Below are positions 38,406-48,791 of a DNA stretch of 64,000 nt, one piece after another. Position numbers and translations under genes: made by a program. The stretch lies in assembly GCA_000146465.1 (NCBI GenBank), contig CP001950.1; one strand, given 5' to 3'. The notes beneath the pieces were generated by a model that was given only the letters and a program-made list of their open reading frames with translations, did no database searches and was not told the DNA's origin. Each line of letters begins with the position of its first letter. Position 1 is the first letter of the stretch.

Positions 38406-40349
38406 TCATCTTCTTCTGTCCAGTTTACTCCTTTCAAAAGGATCGTCGTCGGCTGCATTGAAGATTCCACCGCCTCCAAAGAGGCCCCCTAGCCCCTTGT
38501 CATTTCTTTCCTCTGAATCCACATATCCTATGCTTGGCTTAGCCGGCTGCTGAGAAGACCCTCCCTCAAACAGACCTCCAAATAGACTTTTTCCATTTCC
38601 AAATATGTTCCCCATAGACCCTGTTAGATCAATCTGCTGCTGCGGCCTAGCTTGTTCTTGTCCTGTGCTTCCGGGTACTGGAAAGCTCTGTAAGCCAGGA
38701 ATTCCACTACTACCCGAAAGAAAGATATTTCCTCCTTCTCCAAAAGAAAAGTTAGCCCCCGAGTCTTGTACGGCTTCTCCATATCCCCCCAACTTTCTCT
38801 TAAGGAGCGAAGATCCCGGTGTTGGTGAATGCAATTCTACCGATTCTTGTCCCATGCCAGACTGGGCCGGGAAAGATCCCCCTCCAAATACAAAAGGCTT
38901 GGTCTCAGGTGCCTTACCATCTGAAGCAAACGGACTGGAGATGTTCTCGTGATTTACAGTAGAAGGTGAATCTTGAGCCGGAGGAAGTGGAGCTCCCGAG
39001 TTGAAGAGAAACATAGATGTATCTCCTTGCACATTTGGTGTCCTTCCATCCCAGAATCCAAACTTCTTCGGCTCCTCCTCCACTGCAGGGCCTTCTTTCT
39101 TTTCATTTTCTAAGGATTCGTTGATTTCCCCTCCAAACACAAATGGCTCTTGCATCTGAACAGCATCCTCAACTTTTTTTGCATCTTCACTCATCTCAAC
39201 AGCCTCCCTATCATCAGATCCATTTTCCTTGGTCTCGGAAATGGGCTCTAAAATAAAATAAGGCTTGGATGGAAGAGATTCAGATTCATTACTGGTTTTT
39301 ATACCAACCTCTTTTCTGTCTTCCTGTCCACTACCATTTAGGACTTGTTCTGGCTCTGCTTCTTTATCATTCTTCTCACCATCATCTTTAATGCCTCCAA
39401 TCTCCGTCACCTCATTTCTACTCTCATCAAAACTAGCCTTTCGGCTCTTAATCTTCTCTATATCAAACAGTTGCTCCTTCCTTGCCTCGCTAAGAACTCT
39501 CGTAAGCTTCTTTCTCTCCTCGTCTTCTAGATCATCCATATCAAACTTGTCATCAGTCACATATCTTGCCACTGCCCTTTCAACTCCAAAGTCCTTCTCA
39601 AGATAGAAATATGACTTAGGAACTCTCGACTCCCATCTGTCTTTTGCCATCTGCCTTCTCTTCTCAGCTCTTTCCCTCTCCTCCTTCCTTCTCTCGTTTT
39701 CCTTTCTTTCATATTCTTTCCTTATTTCATACTCTACACATCTTTTACAGTTATACTCCCCTCCAAAATTACATCGGACTTTCCTTTCTACAACTTCGGA
39801 GTTCAATTTCTTAATATTTCTTTCGCAGAAATATTCTTCTTCCTCATCGGTAGACACCTCCCCTAGTTGAAGGAAAAGATTGTCCTCTGCATCATAGCAG
39901 ATTGCCTTTTCAATCGTCTCCATAGGCGTCTTCCCCTCTACTCTGTATTTCTTTGGAAGAACTCCCCAGCTAACATCATTCTCTTTCTTCAGGGCATACT
40001 TCTTTTGATATCCCCTTTTCCGATGCTTCTTAGGCTTCCCTTCGCCCCCCTTCGTATCCCCAGCCCCCAAGTCTCCTTTCCACTTCGCTCCTGCCTTTCT
40101 TTCCGATCTTTCTATCTCCACTCTCTTCAGCTCCTCAAATCCTTCGTCTAGTTTCTTTCTACATCCTGGCTCCGATATTGCCTTGCACAACTCTTTTATT
40201 CGATCAAGCTCAGAAACCTCAATAGGCTTTTCGCTTTCAAATCTAGAGCACAACTCCTTGTATGAGTTCAGATCCACCTTCTTCCCAGGCTGGAGTGCAT
40301 CTTTAACGCTGTTCCATGCCTCCTTGATTCTCTCGTAAAACCCTGCCAT
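38406..40349 (-). CDS. FG-repeat protein (putative FG-nucleoporin-like) with a central charged/zinc-finger-like region
   Basis: The C-terminal third contains multiple FG/FGG repeats (FVFGGEINESL, FVFGGGSFPAQ, FSFGEGGNIF, NIFGNGKSLFGGLFEGG, LGGLFGGGGIFN). Confidence 0.45.
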   Translation of the reverse strand: MAGFYERIKEAWNSVKDALQPGKKVDLNSYKELCSRFESEKPIEVSELDRIKELCKAISEPGCRKKLDEGFEELKRVEIERSERKAGAKWKGDLGAGDTKGGEGKPKKHRKRGYQKKYALKKENDVSWGVLPKKYRVEGKTPMETIEKAICYDAEDNLFLQLGEVSTDEEEEYFCERNIKKLNSEVVERKVRCNFGGEYNCKRCVEYEIRKEYERKENERRKEERERAEKRRQMAKDRWESRVPKSYFYLEKDFGVERAVARYVTDDKFDMDDLEDEERKKLTRVLSEARKEQLFDIEKIKSRKASFDESRNEVTEIGGIKDDGEKNDKEAEPEQVLNGSGQEDRKEVGIKTSNESESLPSKPYFILEPISETKENGSDDREAVEMSEDAKKVEDAVQMQEPFVFGGEINESLENEKKEGPAVEEEPKKFGFWDGRTPNVQGDTSMFLFNSGAPLPPAQDSPSTVNHENISSPFASDGKAPETKPFVFGGGSFPAQSGMGQESVELHSPTPGSSLLKRKLGGYGEAVQDSGANFSFGEGGNIFLSGSSGIPGLQSFPVPGSTGQEQARPQQQIDLTGSMGNIFGNGKSLFGGLFEGGSSQQPAKPSIGYVDSEERNDKGLGGLFGGGGIFNAADDDPFERSKLDRRR

Positions 40350-40407
40350 CCTCTCTGGGTCAACAATAATTTTTTCTCAAAAAAGTACTCTTGAAGTCAA
40401 CTTTATT

Positions 40408-40671
40408 TCAATCTTTACATTCCTTTGCCTCTTCCTTTATGTATCTCTTCAATCGACAAAGACTATTAAGGATCTCGAGGTCGTTTCCTCCAAATCTTTC
40501 ATTGTCTTCTCTACATCTAAGGACATCTGTCACACAACTCCTTCTTCTGCATCCAGGACATCTGTCATCAGACTTCAAATGCCTTTTGATGCACAGATAG
40601 CAGAAACTCTGCCCACATCGGGTCTCATGTTTAACAGAAATCTTCCAATGGCATATCCCACACAATTCCAT
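40408..40671 (-). CDS. Small RING-finger (C3HC4) protein
   Basis: CGICHWKISVKHETRCGQSFCYLCIKRHLKSDDRCPGCRR. Confidence 0.55.
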   Translation of the reverse strand: MELCGICHWKISVKHETRCGQSFCYLCIKRHLKSDDRCPGCRRRSCVTDVLRCREDNERFGGNDLEILNSLCRLKRYIKEEAKECKD

Positions 40672-40707
40672 AAAGGGCTGTTCTAGATATATTTAAATCT
40701 CATCCCA

Positions 40708-41070
40708 TCACCTCCTTTCCAATTCCTTCTCCATCTTTACATACTTCAGAATCCTCCTCATAGCTCTCTTGAGAATCCCAGATATCCATAAAATCGACAT
40801 AGAACACTTAAGACCAGAAATCTCTCCTATAGTTGCAATCGTAAACAGGACGTATTTGCATGCAGGTGCATCACATCGGATCACTGCTATTTGACTATGC
40901 GGTAAGTATTCAACAACCACCAGATTCCCCACCATTGATGCTCCATAGCTTCCATAATCAATCCCAACCTTCGACTTAACAATTGATCCCAACATCTCCC
41001 CCAGGGCCCTGCTTTGATCTCCCTCGTGCCGAAGTCGGATAACTATATACCTTGCTTTCACACGAATCAT
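40708..41070 (-). CDS. POP5: RNase P/MRP protein subunit Pop5/Rpp14 family
   Basis: N-terminus MIRVKARYIVIRL (compare MVRFKNRYLLCEL). Size 120 aa. Confidence 0.55.
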   Translation of the reverse strand: MIRVKARYIVIRLRHEGDQSRALGEMLGSIVKSKVGIDYGSYGASMVGNLVVVEYLPHSQIAVIRCDAPACKYVLFTIATIGEISGLKCSMSILWISGILKRAMRRILKYVKMEKELERR

Positions 41071-41093
41071 CTAGGGCTAGAAAATCCATTCTA

Positions 41094-42380
41094 TCAAACA
41101 TTTATCGTCTTCATCTCCTCTTTACAAGCAACCAGAAATGTCCCTTTCAATCCCAGCCCCCGCAGGACGTCATCCACATCCGTTGGTGGCTTTATGTCCA
41201 TGGGAAAAACTCCTCGCCAAATGCTAAACCGTCTGAGAATCCATTTGTCTTCGGAAATTAAGATAATTGGAACACCTGGCCTACCTAGATAGAGTCGCTC
41301 AACATCCTCCATAGAATCTGTACAAACTACAATTCCTTTTACGTAAGGAAACATTTTGTGAAATCCTAAGTCCTTCTTGGTTTCTTGATAATACGTCTCT
41401 GCCTTAATACAAATGTTCCTCATAAACTTGACAGTCTCAATAGGAAACATCCCAACAGCCGACTCTCCGCTCAGCATCACACAGTCGCATCCCTCCAGAA
41501 CTGCATTTCCAACATCAGAAATCTCCGCTCTGCTTGGTGTGTCCCGGGAAGTCATACTTTCCATCATCTGTGTTGCACAGATTGCAGGCTTCTTCCCTCT
41601 TTTGGTCTCCAAGAGTATCTTCTTCTGCGCACTAAATGTGTCTACCAGCCCAACCTCTGCCCCAAGATCCCCCCTTGCAATCATCACCCCGTCCGAGCAC
41701 AAGACTATTTCCTCCAGATTCTTCATTCCTAGGCACGACTCTATCTTCGAAACCACAGGAATCCTATTCCCCACAACCTTTCTTATCTCCTCAACATCCT
41801 TCTTGGAATTCACAAAAGACGCAAAAATCATGTCTATTCCATTCTCCAGACCAAAAACAATGTCACTCCTGTCTTCATCACTCAAAAACTTAATCCCTAC
41901 ATCTATGTTAGGAAAGTTCATGGACTTGTTGCTCCTGATTATCCCACTGCTCAGCACCTCGCATCCAAATCCATCTTCTTCTACATCGACTACTTTTAGA
42001 TCTATTCTTCCATCATCGACCGATATCCTATCCCCCATTCCCAAGGACCTAAAGTCAATCCAAGGTATCCATATGCTCTTTCCAGAGGAGACCGATGAAA
42101 ATCGGAGAATGTCTCCTCCATTAACCTCGATATTCTTATCTCCTGGTGTCCTAATCCTTATCTCAGGACCCCTTGTATCTAATGCTATTGAAACATACCT
42201 CCCCAAGCTACAGATGGCATCCTTTATGTTCCTAATAACCTCCAGATGCTCTTCTCTTGATCCATGGCTGAAGTTGAGTCTCGCAACAGACATACCCGCA
42301 TCAATCAGGTCTTTGATCTTCTCCTTTGAGGACGAAGAAGGCCCAATGGTACATACTATTTTTGTCAATGAAGCCTTCAT
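41094..42380 (-). CDS. PYK: Pyruvate kinase. The track ORF runs to 42551; the ATG at 42378-42380 gives MKASLTKIVCTIGP.
   Basis: TKIVCTIGPSSSSKEKIKDLIDAGMSVARLNFSHGS. The catalytic region is MVARGDLG-like (IMIARGDLGAEV). Confidence 0.9.
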   Translation of the reverse strand: MKASLTKIVCTIGPSSSSKEKIKDLIDAGMSVARLNFSHGSREEHLEVIRNIKDAICSLGRYVSIALDTRGPEIRIRTPGDKNIEVNGGDILRFSSVSSGKSIWIPWIDFRSLGMGDRISVDDGRIDLKVVDVEEDGFGCEVLSSGIIRSNKSMNFPNIDVGIKFLSDEDRSDIVFGLENGIDMIFASFVNSKKDVEEIRKVVGNRIPVVSKIESCLGMKNLEEIVLCSDGVMIARGDLGAEVGLVDTFSAQKKILLETKRGKKPAICATQMMESMTSRDTPSRAEISDVGNAVLEGCDCVMLSGESAVGMFPIETVKFMRNICIKAETYYQETKKDLGFHKMFPYVKGIVVCTDSMEDVERLYLGRPGVPIILISEDKWILRRFSIWRGVFPMDIKPPTDVDDVLRGLGLKGTFLVACKEEMKTINV

Positions 42381-42502
42381 AGATGAATGGGACAAATCCT
42401 TTCCAAATTTATCAATCTTGTTTTGAGATACATGATAGGTTCTTTGGAGATAGGGGCCGATCCAGAGTATGGACATAATCCAATGCTTCTCCCTTTGAAG
42501 GA

Positions 42503-42973
42503 ATGAAGACTGTTGCTGTTGTAATGAAATCTTTGGATGAGGAAATCCCATTGTCTAAGAACTCTGTTGGGGATGGATTCCTAGGATCAGCAAAGCATGT
42601 TGTAATGATATTTATAGAGAAGAACAAGATGTTTCTCTTCAATGATCCTCACTTGATGCTTGAGTCGGAAAAGACCCTGAGGATGGAACAGAAGCTCCAT
42701 AGAAAGGCTGTTGTTGAACATCTGGAAAAGGCTGCTCAGGCTGTGAAGAAGTTAAACTTCAAGGCCGAAGTATCGAAGTTGGTGATTAATGGAGATGAGA
42801 AATACAAAATAGAAAAATGCCTGGCATGTCTGGAGGTCCAAGCAGTGATGTTCATCGGTAGACATAAGAAAAAAAGGTTTTATGAATGCTTTGTCCAATC
42901 GTTGGAGGACTATGTGTTTGAGGCTATGAAGATTCCTATTATCAAGATACCAGCTTCTAAGCATCGGTCTTGA
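42503..42973 (+). CDS. Hypothetical protein (156 aa)
   Basis: ORF divergent from pyruvate kinase. No motif. Confidence 0.35.
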   Translation: MKTVAVVMKSLDEEIPLSKNSVGDGFLGSAKHVVMIFIEKNKMFLFNDPHLMLESEKTLRMEQKLHRKAVVEHLEKAAQAVKKLNFKAEVSKLVINGDEKYKIEKCLACLEVQAVMFIGRHKKKRFYECFVQSLEDYVFEAMKIPIIKIPASKHRS

Positions 42974-43006
42974 AGCATTTGAACCATAGATTTACTTAAA
43001 AATAAA

Positions 43007-43675
43007 TTACAACCTAATAGATCCAAGGATTCTTTTGCACATCAATGCTGTGATGAGTTTACACCCACAAATGCATCCAACTGCGATTTCATTCCGTACT
43101 AGACATATCTCTGAGATCACAATTGAGTTGGATGCTATGCATAGGAACTCTATTACAAGAAGATATTCTTCCCATTGGTACTTCCACATTATCATGATGA
43201 ATATAAATAGATAGTAGAAGCTTGAAAGAAGGAGTGAACTGGATAACTTTAGAAATCGAACATGCCTATGGAACACAGTGAATGCCAGCACCAGAAGGAG
43301 AACAGTTTCCACAAGACTCTCTAGGGCATCTCTGCAGATGGTGGCTATGGTTGCAATCAAATTCACTTTCCCGGAACTCTCTCCAAAGAAGAGAATCCTA
43401 AGGGCCCCATGGTGGTGAAGTATAGGTCCTGTAAGCACCTTGGCGATTAGCATAAACAAGGCGCTTCTGGTGAGATCCTTTTTGTTATTGAAGAGATAGT
43501 GTCTGAAGATCCTCCTCTTCAGCAAGAGAAGATCTACAAGCTTCATCAAACTATTCAGCTCAAAGTATCTGTCCATCTTCTTGGAACATAGTTGGCACCT
43601 CGAGATCTGCTTGGCAGAGGAGTTCTTGAGAAACAGATGCTTTGCTCTATTTCCACATTCTATGCATACATACAT
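43007..43675 (-). CDS. ARV1: Arv1-like protein (Arv1 homology zinc ribbon plus TM helices)
   Basis: N-terminus YVCIECGNRAKHLF...ISRCQLCSKKMDRY matches the AHD zinc ribbon (ICIECG...C..C), followed by hydrophobic segments. Confidence 0.6.
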   Translation of the reverse strand: MYVCIECGNRAKHLFLKNSSAKQISRCQLCSKKMDRYFELNSLMKLVDLLLLKRRIFRHYLFNNKKDLTRSALFMLIAKVLTGPILHHHGALRILFFGESSGKVNLIATIATICRDALESLVETVLLLVLAFTVFHRHVRFLKLSSSLLLSSFYYLFIFIMIMWKYQWEEYLLVIEFLCIASNSIVISEICLVRNEIAVGCICGCKLITALMCKRILGSIRL

Positions 43676-43698
43676 TAGAGATTCCTTAGGGCTCTAGA

Positions 43699-44778
43699 AT
43701 GTTTTCAGGACAAGATGAAGTTTTATGGATCCCAAGACCCCTAGGAATGGCTGTTGCATATATATTCGACGAGGAGGTTGGAATGTTCCATTACGGGCCT
43801 AGGCATCCCATGAAGCCGTTTAGAATGGTGGTTACACACTCTCTAGTGAAGTCGTTTGGCCTTGACAAAAAGATGACGATAGTCAAACCGGCACTCTTTC
43901 CTCTGACATATCACCCAAAGGAGTATCTTGAGAATCTCGGGAAGAATGAAACACCGGACTGCCCAAACTTCATTGGCCTTTCTAGATTCTGCGAGCTGTA
44001 TGGAAGTGCCTCTATAAACTCGGCAATGATCCTCTCTGAAGGAAGATATGACACAGTTATTAATTGGAGCGGAGGTCTCCATCATGCACATAAAGCGGTT
44101 CCCAGCGGATTCTGCCATGTAAATGATATTGTGATGGCGATTCTGGAGCTTCTCAAGACATATCAGAGAGTTATGTATATAGATATAGATGTTCACCATG
44201 GAGATGGAGTGGAGGAAGCCTTTTTGGAATGTGATCGAGTGCTGACACTTTCCTTCCACAAGTACGGAGACGGCTTCTTTCCCGAGACAGGAACTCTGGT
44301 CACAACAGGACACAGGGCTGTGAATGTTCCTCTCCTATCAGGAATTGATGATGCAAGTTACAGATACATTTTCGAGCCTATTGTGGAGTCTTGTGTTAAG
44401 AAGTTCTCTCCAGATGCAATTGTCCTGCAGTGCGGAGCAGACTCCTTGGGTGAGGACAGGCTAGGATGTTTTAATCTCTCTATAGAGGGCCATGCATCTT
44501 GTGTCCGGTTTGTGAGTTCTCTCGGAATTCCTCTGCTCTGTCTAGGAGGTGGAGGATACACCCTGACGAATGTTGCCCGATGTTGGGCATATGAGACAGC
44601 TGTTTTGTGTGGAGAGGATCCGATTACGGATATTCCTGCAGACAATCCCTTCTACACGTATTTCAGTCCGTCGTATGTGGTTAATCCTGTGTTCAAAAGG
44701 AAGTATGTCAATAGAAACGATAGGGAGTACTTGGACATGGTTATGAGTTTCATTCTTGACAAAGTAGACAAGTTTTAA
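43699..44778 (+). CDS. Class I histone deacetylase (Rpd3/HDAC1-like)
   Basis: GFCHVNDIVMAILELLK...YIDIDVHHGDGVEEAF...GGGGYT. Confidence 0.9.
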   Translation: MFSGQDEVLWIPRPLGMAVAYIFDEEVGMFHYGPRHPMKPFRMVVTHSLVKSFGLDKKMTIVKPALFPLTYHPKEYLENLGKNETPDCPNFIGLSRFCELYGSASINSAMILSEGRYDTVINWSGGLHHAHKAVPSGFCHVNDIVMAILELLKTYQRVMYIDIDVHHGDGVEEAFLECDRVLTLSFHKYGDGFFPETGTLVTTGHRAVNVPLLSGIDDASYRYIFEPIVESCVKKFSPDAIVLQCGADSLGEDRLGCFNLSIEGHASCVRFVSSLGIPLLCLGGGGYTLTNVARCWAYETAVLCGEDPITDIPADNPFYTYFSPSYVVNPVFKRKYVNRNDREYLDMVMSFILDKVDKF

Positions 44779-44834
44779 GAGGTCCTTGAAATTATAGAAC
44801 AAGCGATTTTGGAGAATAAATTTTTTGCCCATTC

Positions 44835-45725
44835 ATGCCAGTAGAGAAGCTTGAGAAGATCAAGTCGCAGGTTGAGTTTTACTTTAGTGATGCAAACTTC
44901 CGGGTAGACAAGTTCCTCCGGGAGCAATCCCTGGTAAACGACGGCTATATTCCGATCAAAACGATTGTCTCGTTCAACAAGCTTCGGAATCTTGAAGCAA
45001 CGGTTGAAGATGTTAAGAAGGCCCTTGAAGACAGCAAAGTGGTTGAGCTCAAGGACGATATGATAAAGAAGGTTGAGACGGAGGAGTATCTCTCGTATGT
45101 TATGGAGAAGGACATAAACAAGAGGGTAGTGTACATCGATGGGTTTGAGAAGGATGCAACTCTTGAGGACATCAAAGAAATATTATCGCCACATATTATT
45201 CCGGTTCTTATTAGGATGAGGAGAGACAAGGGGAAGAACTTCAGCGGAAGCGTGTTTGCAGAGCTGAAATCTGAGGAAGAGGCCCAAAAGGCCTTGGAGG
45301 AGAAGATTCCAGTTAAGAAGCAAGCGGAGGACGAAGAGAGGTCCAAGAAGCAGAAAAGCGAGGAGAAATATCTTTTAATTATGGCAAAGGACGAATATCT
45401 CAAGGAGAAGGAGAAGATATCTGGAGAGAAGAAGGAGATAGAAGCAAGAAAAGCCCTTGAAAAGGAGTTTGTACCCAAGCTATTTAAATACGAGTGTAGC
45501 GAGGATCTTGACATTAAGACTGTGAAAAGTCTAGTCAAGAACACCGCTTTTGTGGATACAAAGCAGAAGGTGATAAGGATGAAGCATGCAGAGGATTTCA
45601 AGGAAAAGAAGTTTGAGGAGGAAGGAAAAAGCCTGACCCTCGTCAAGATGGAAGAAGATGAAGCCCTTGAGTACTGTAAGAGCATCAAGATTGCACCCAA
45701 GGGATCGAAACCCGGAAAGAAATAA
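44835..45725 (+). CDS. La-motif protein (La/LARP family)
   Basis: La motif at the N-terminus (KIKSQVEFYFSDANFRVDKFLREQ), then an RRM-like region, then a K/E-rich tail. Confidence 0.65.
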   Translation: MPVEKLEKIKSQVEFYFSDANFRVDKFLREQSLVNDGYIPIKTIVSFNKLRNLEATVEDVKKALEDSKVVELKDDMIKKVETEEYLSYVMEKDINKRVVYIDGFEKDATLEDIKEILSPHIIPVLIRMRRDKGKNFSGSVFAELKSEEEAQKALEEKIPVKKQAEDEERSKKQKSEEKYLLIMAKDEYLKEKEKISGEKKEIEARKALEKEFVPKLFKYECSEDLDIKTVKSLVKNTAFVDTKQKVIRMKHAEDFKEKKFEEEGKSLTLVKMEEDEALEYCKSIKIAPKGSKPGKK

Positions 45726-45765
45726 AGGATTTATTTACATCCGGCTTTTATTGATAATTGTTTAA

Positions 45766-46227
45766 TTGGAACCCATGACGAAGTACAATGTTACATTGAG
45801 AGTCTATCCCCTTGGGGACGAAACACTCAAGAGGTTTGTTGCCTCAGCGTTGAAACGGGAGGAGGTCCATATCTGGCACACATCCATCGAGGTTTATGGA
45901 ATAGAATACTTCTTCCAGAATGGAATAGTGAAGGCGGTTCCGGGATCTACTTCCCATGGAACTCCTTTGAAGACCCATGATCTAGGAACCACAGAGATTC
46001 CAGAGATTGTGTTTGAAGACTTTCTTCTTTCTATAACAGAGGATTTTGCTCCTCACAAATATCATCTACTTAGAAACAACTGCAACAACTTCACAAATAT
46101 AGTGGCTTTGTATCTGGTTGAGAAAAGCATCCCGGAATATATTCTTGAGCTCCAAAATACTGCATTGGAGTCTGAGGCTGTGTCGTCCCTGGTTGATATG
46201 TTTTTTGGATCTCCCGGGAAGATATAA
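45766..46227 (+). CDS. PPPDE/DeSI-family putative deSUMOylating peptidase
   Basis: VTLRVYPLGD...HIWHTSIEVYGIEYFFQNGI...NCNNFTNIVALYLVEK. His and Cys dyad context of PPPDE. Confidence 0.6.
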   Translation: MEPMTKYNVTLRVYPLGDETLKRFVASALKREEVHIWHTSIEVYGIEYFFQNGIVKAVPGSTSHGTPLKTHDLGTTEIPEIVFEDFLLSITEDFAPHKYHLLRNNCNNFTNIVALYLVEKSIPEYILELQNTALESEAVSSLVDMFFGSPGKI

Positions 46228-46229
46228 GG

Positions 46230-47363
46230 CTAGATCTCTCCTTCCTCCTTCTCCTCCCAAACCACTTCGAAGTACTTATCCACTGCTCTTTTGTCTATTT
46301 GGCTGATCTCCTCTGTCCTTTCCTTCTCGTATCTTTTCAACTTGTTTTCCAGATCGTTGACAAACTCAAAGTATACCTCCTTGGGACTCTCCATACTCCC
46401 CAGAAGATTCCAGAACGGCTCTGAGTTCTTGAATAAATAAAATGCATCCTTGAACTTCATCTTGTAGTAGATCAGCCCTCTACTATACAGACTGTTCAGA
46501 ACTTGCCTAAACTCCTCTCTGTAATGGGGGATTTTCTCGGCCATTGATGTTTTTTTCTTCTCGATATCCAACAGAAACTCTCTTTCAAGTCTACGGAAGT
46601 ACCGAATAAACGAAAATAGAACCACCTTTCTATCAAATCCCTCCATTTCCTTCATCTTAAGGACGTCGCTTGCCGAGCTGTTCAGATCAATTCCACAGGC
46701 TCGGAATATCTCTTCCAACTTCCCTGCTGTCGTACCCCCCATATGCTTCTCAATATACACCTCATAGCATCCAAACTTGTCCTTGATCCTGGAATAGTAT
46801 GGATGTCTCGAAAATACACTGTTGAAACCAAAGAAATCAGACACTCCGACGTCGACCTTGCAAACCTCGTCTACATAATATTTCTGCCTTTGGACTTCCT
46901 CCTCCCTGTTATTTTCCTCCTTATCTTCAAAGTATTTCCTCACCAGGGACTCTCGAACGTCCATTCTTATCGCCCGGAATATAGGCTCTGTAGACAGCTT
47001 ATAAAATACATCTTTCATGTTTTCTACCTTGTACTGCTCCATTAGCCTGTACAGTAGATACTTAGATGTTTCGTGGTCTGTTATCCTCATGTTCATCCCT
47101 ATTCCTTTTATCAGCGTCTTTCCTTTTCTCTTTTCTCCAGGCCTCTCCCATCTGCTTTCCTTCGTGATAGTGTTATGATAAAAGACTTTTCCTTGCCTGC
47201 TTCTACACTCAATCCATGGATCCACGTCGAAGTCTTCGTCCGAATCTTTAAGTACATCGGGTTTGCGAAAACTGCTTTTCCCCGTCTTCTTGTTGTAGTA
47301 GTATGTCTTGCCGTCGGGCGCAACTAGTACTTCATAGTCCACTTTTGCATCTTTGGCCTCCAT
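46230..47363 (-). CDS. Prp40-like protein with WW domains and FF-like repeats. The track ORF runs to 47471; the ATG at 47361-47363 gives MEAKDAK.
   Basis: Full WW domain (DPWIECRSRQGKVFYHNTITKESRWERP), preceded by a degenerate WW (YEVLVAPDGKTYYYNKKTGKSSFRKP). The C-terminal half has FF-like helical repeats. Confidence 0.5.
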   Translation of the reverse strand: MEAKDAKVDYEVLVAPDGKTYYYNKKTGKSSFRKPDVLKDSDEDFDVDPWIECRSRQGKVFYHNTITKESRWERPGEKRKGKTLIKGIGMNMRITDHETSKYLLYRLMEQYKVENMKDVFYKLSTEPIFRAIRMDVRESLVRKYFEDKEENNREEEVQRQKYYVDEVCKVDVGVSDFFGFNSVFSRHPYYSRIKDKFGCYEVYIEKHMGGTTAGKLEEIFRACGIDLNSSASDVLKMKEMEGFDRKVVLFSFIRYFRRLEREFLLDIEKKKTSMAEKIPHYREEFRQVLNSLYSRGLIYYKMKFKDAFYLFKNSEPFWNLLGSMESPKEVYFEFVNDLENKLKRYEKERTEEISQIDKRAVDKYFEVVWEEKEEGEI

Positions 47364-47436
47364 TTCAGTTAGGGTTCTCTTAAGAAGAAAGCATATTTTG
47401 TTTATACACAGGCATTCTCTCTTCATTAAGAATACA

Positions 47437-48063
47437 TTATTTATTACTGTTCCTATTCTTCGATCTCGCATTCAGCTCATTGCAATTATAGCAATAGAAC
47501 TCGTTGAGATCGTATTCGCTCGGATGAACCAAGCCGTTGTGATGATTGCATCTCTTACAAATCAACGCATACATAGTACTTGGATCGTCCCCCAGTACAA
47601 TGTCCGTGACACTGTCCATCATCCCCCTTCTTCTTTGCTTAATGCTTCCAAAGTAATGCCTTCTCATCGACTCGCTCTCGTACTTGTCAATAACTTTCTT
47701 TGTCGCTTCAAAGGACTCCTCTTTTTTCAAAAGGGCAATTTGCTCCTTCTGTATCTCTTTTAGAGCTTCAACACTAGACTCCAGTCTTTGGATTCGGATC
47801 TCATACAAATAGATCAAAACACACCTCACTATATAGCATCCAAGTGCACTTCCCACTCCAAACAGCACCATGTTCTGATCATCGGCATACGAGTAAGCCA
47901 TAGAAAGAACAATGACCACACATGACGCCAGAAACATCTTTATTCTAAGACTGTTCAGAGCCCCAGAAAGGTCCTTGGCTGCTTTCTCTTTCTTGCTTAT
48001 CTGCTCTTCAAGCCTTACCAAGCTTTCTCGCAGCGGAACGTTTCTTGAGAGCACATTCCCCAT
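47437..48063 (-). CDS. LNP1: Lunapark-like ER membrane protein
   Basis: N-terminal myristoylation consensus MGNVLSR. Two TM helices. Coiled coil. C-terminal C2C2 zinc finger (CKRCNHHNGLV...FYCYNCNELN). Confidence 0.6.
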   Translation of the reverse strand: MGNVLSRNVPLRESLVRLEEQISKKEKAAKDLSGALNSLRIKMFLASCVVIVLSMAYSYADDQNMVLFGVGSALGCYIVRCVLIYLYEIRIQRLESSVEALKEIQKEQIALLKKEESFEATKKVIDKYESESMRRHYFGSIKQRRRGMMDSVTDIVLGDDPSTMYALICKRCNHHNGLVHPSEYDLNEFYCYNCNELNARSKNRNSNK

Positions 48064-48107
48064 TCAGAGGGGTATCCCGCGAGACTTTGAGTCTAACAAA
48101 CTAAATT

Positions 48108-48791
48108 TTAATATTCCTCAACAACATCAAACACTTCCTCCTTCTTGATTTGGACCGAGTCCAAGGGATAAACCAATGTGTCTGTGTTTTCACACACTCC
48201 AACCCTCTTGTAGTTCCGAAGAAACTCGACTCCAGAGTAGTCGATCACACACACATCGATGTTGGATCCAGAGTACAGATCGTTGAGGATCCCAGCCTGA
48301 ACAGCATCACATGCGAGCTCAATGGCCTCATTCTTATCCATGGCCCTGTACTTGCTTTCGAGAACCCCAATGGCTGCAAGAGACCCAGATCCTAGAGATG
48401 TGAATAATGTAGAGTTTGACGATCCATGGGGATGAATATCCAAAAGATGGCATCCCTCAGAGTCTATCCCTCCAACAATTAGAGCTGCTCCTATTTGCCC
48501 TCCGTATTTATGCAGGTGGTTCACACACACCTTTCGGAAATGAGATACAAGAGGTGCTCGGAAATACTTTCTTTCAAAGAGTCGGAGCTCCCGTGATGCC
48601 ATTCTCGCCACCCTTTCTGCATCTGCTGCAGTCCCTGCTCCACAGCACATAATCTTGTCTGAAATCCTGTGAATCTTTTCACAGTTCTTATCCGAGACCA
48701 CAGGCCCCTGTGTAGATCGTGTGTCTGCTGCAAGTATGACTCCCGTCTTGTACTTCATCCCTACAATTGTTGTTCCTGTTTTTGTTATCAT
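48108..48791 (-). CDS. 20S proteasome catalytic beta-type subunit. The track ORF start at 48863 is a TTG; the first ATG at 48789-48791 gives MITKTG|TTIVG.
   Basis: Propeptide-cleavage and active-site context TGTTIVGMKYKTGVILAADTRST. Confidence 0.8.
   Translation of the reverse strand: MITKTGTTIVGMKYKTGVILAADTRSTQGPVVSDKNCEKIHRISDKIMCCGAGTAADAERVARMASRELRLFERKYFRAPLVSHFRKVCVNHLHKYGGQIGAALIVGGIDSEGCHLLDIHPHGSSNSTLFTSLGSGSLAAIGVLESKYRAMDKNEAIELACDAVQAGILNDLYSGSNIDVCVIDYSGVEFLRNYKRVGVCENTDTLVYPLDSVQIKKEEVFDVVEEY

Noticed and set aside
41413-42426. 337-codon plus-strand ORF
   Set aside because: Antisense to pyruvate kinase, which is unambiguous. S/P/T-rich shadow translation.
44945-45700. 251-codon minus-strand ORF
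   Set aside because: Antisense to the La-motif gene. Serine-rich low-complexity shadow ORF.
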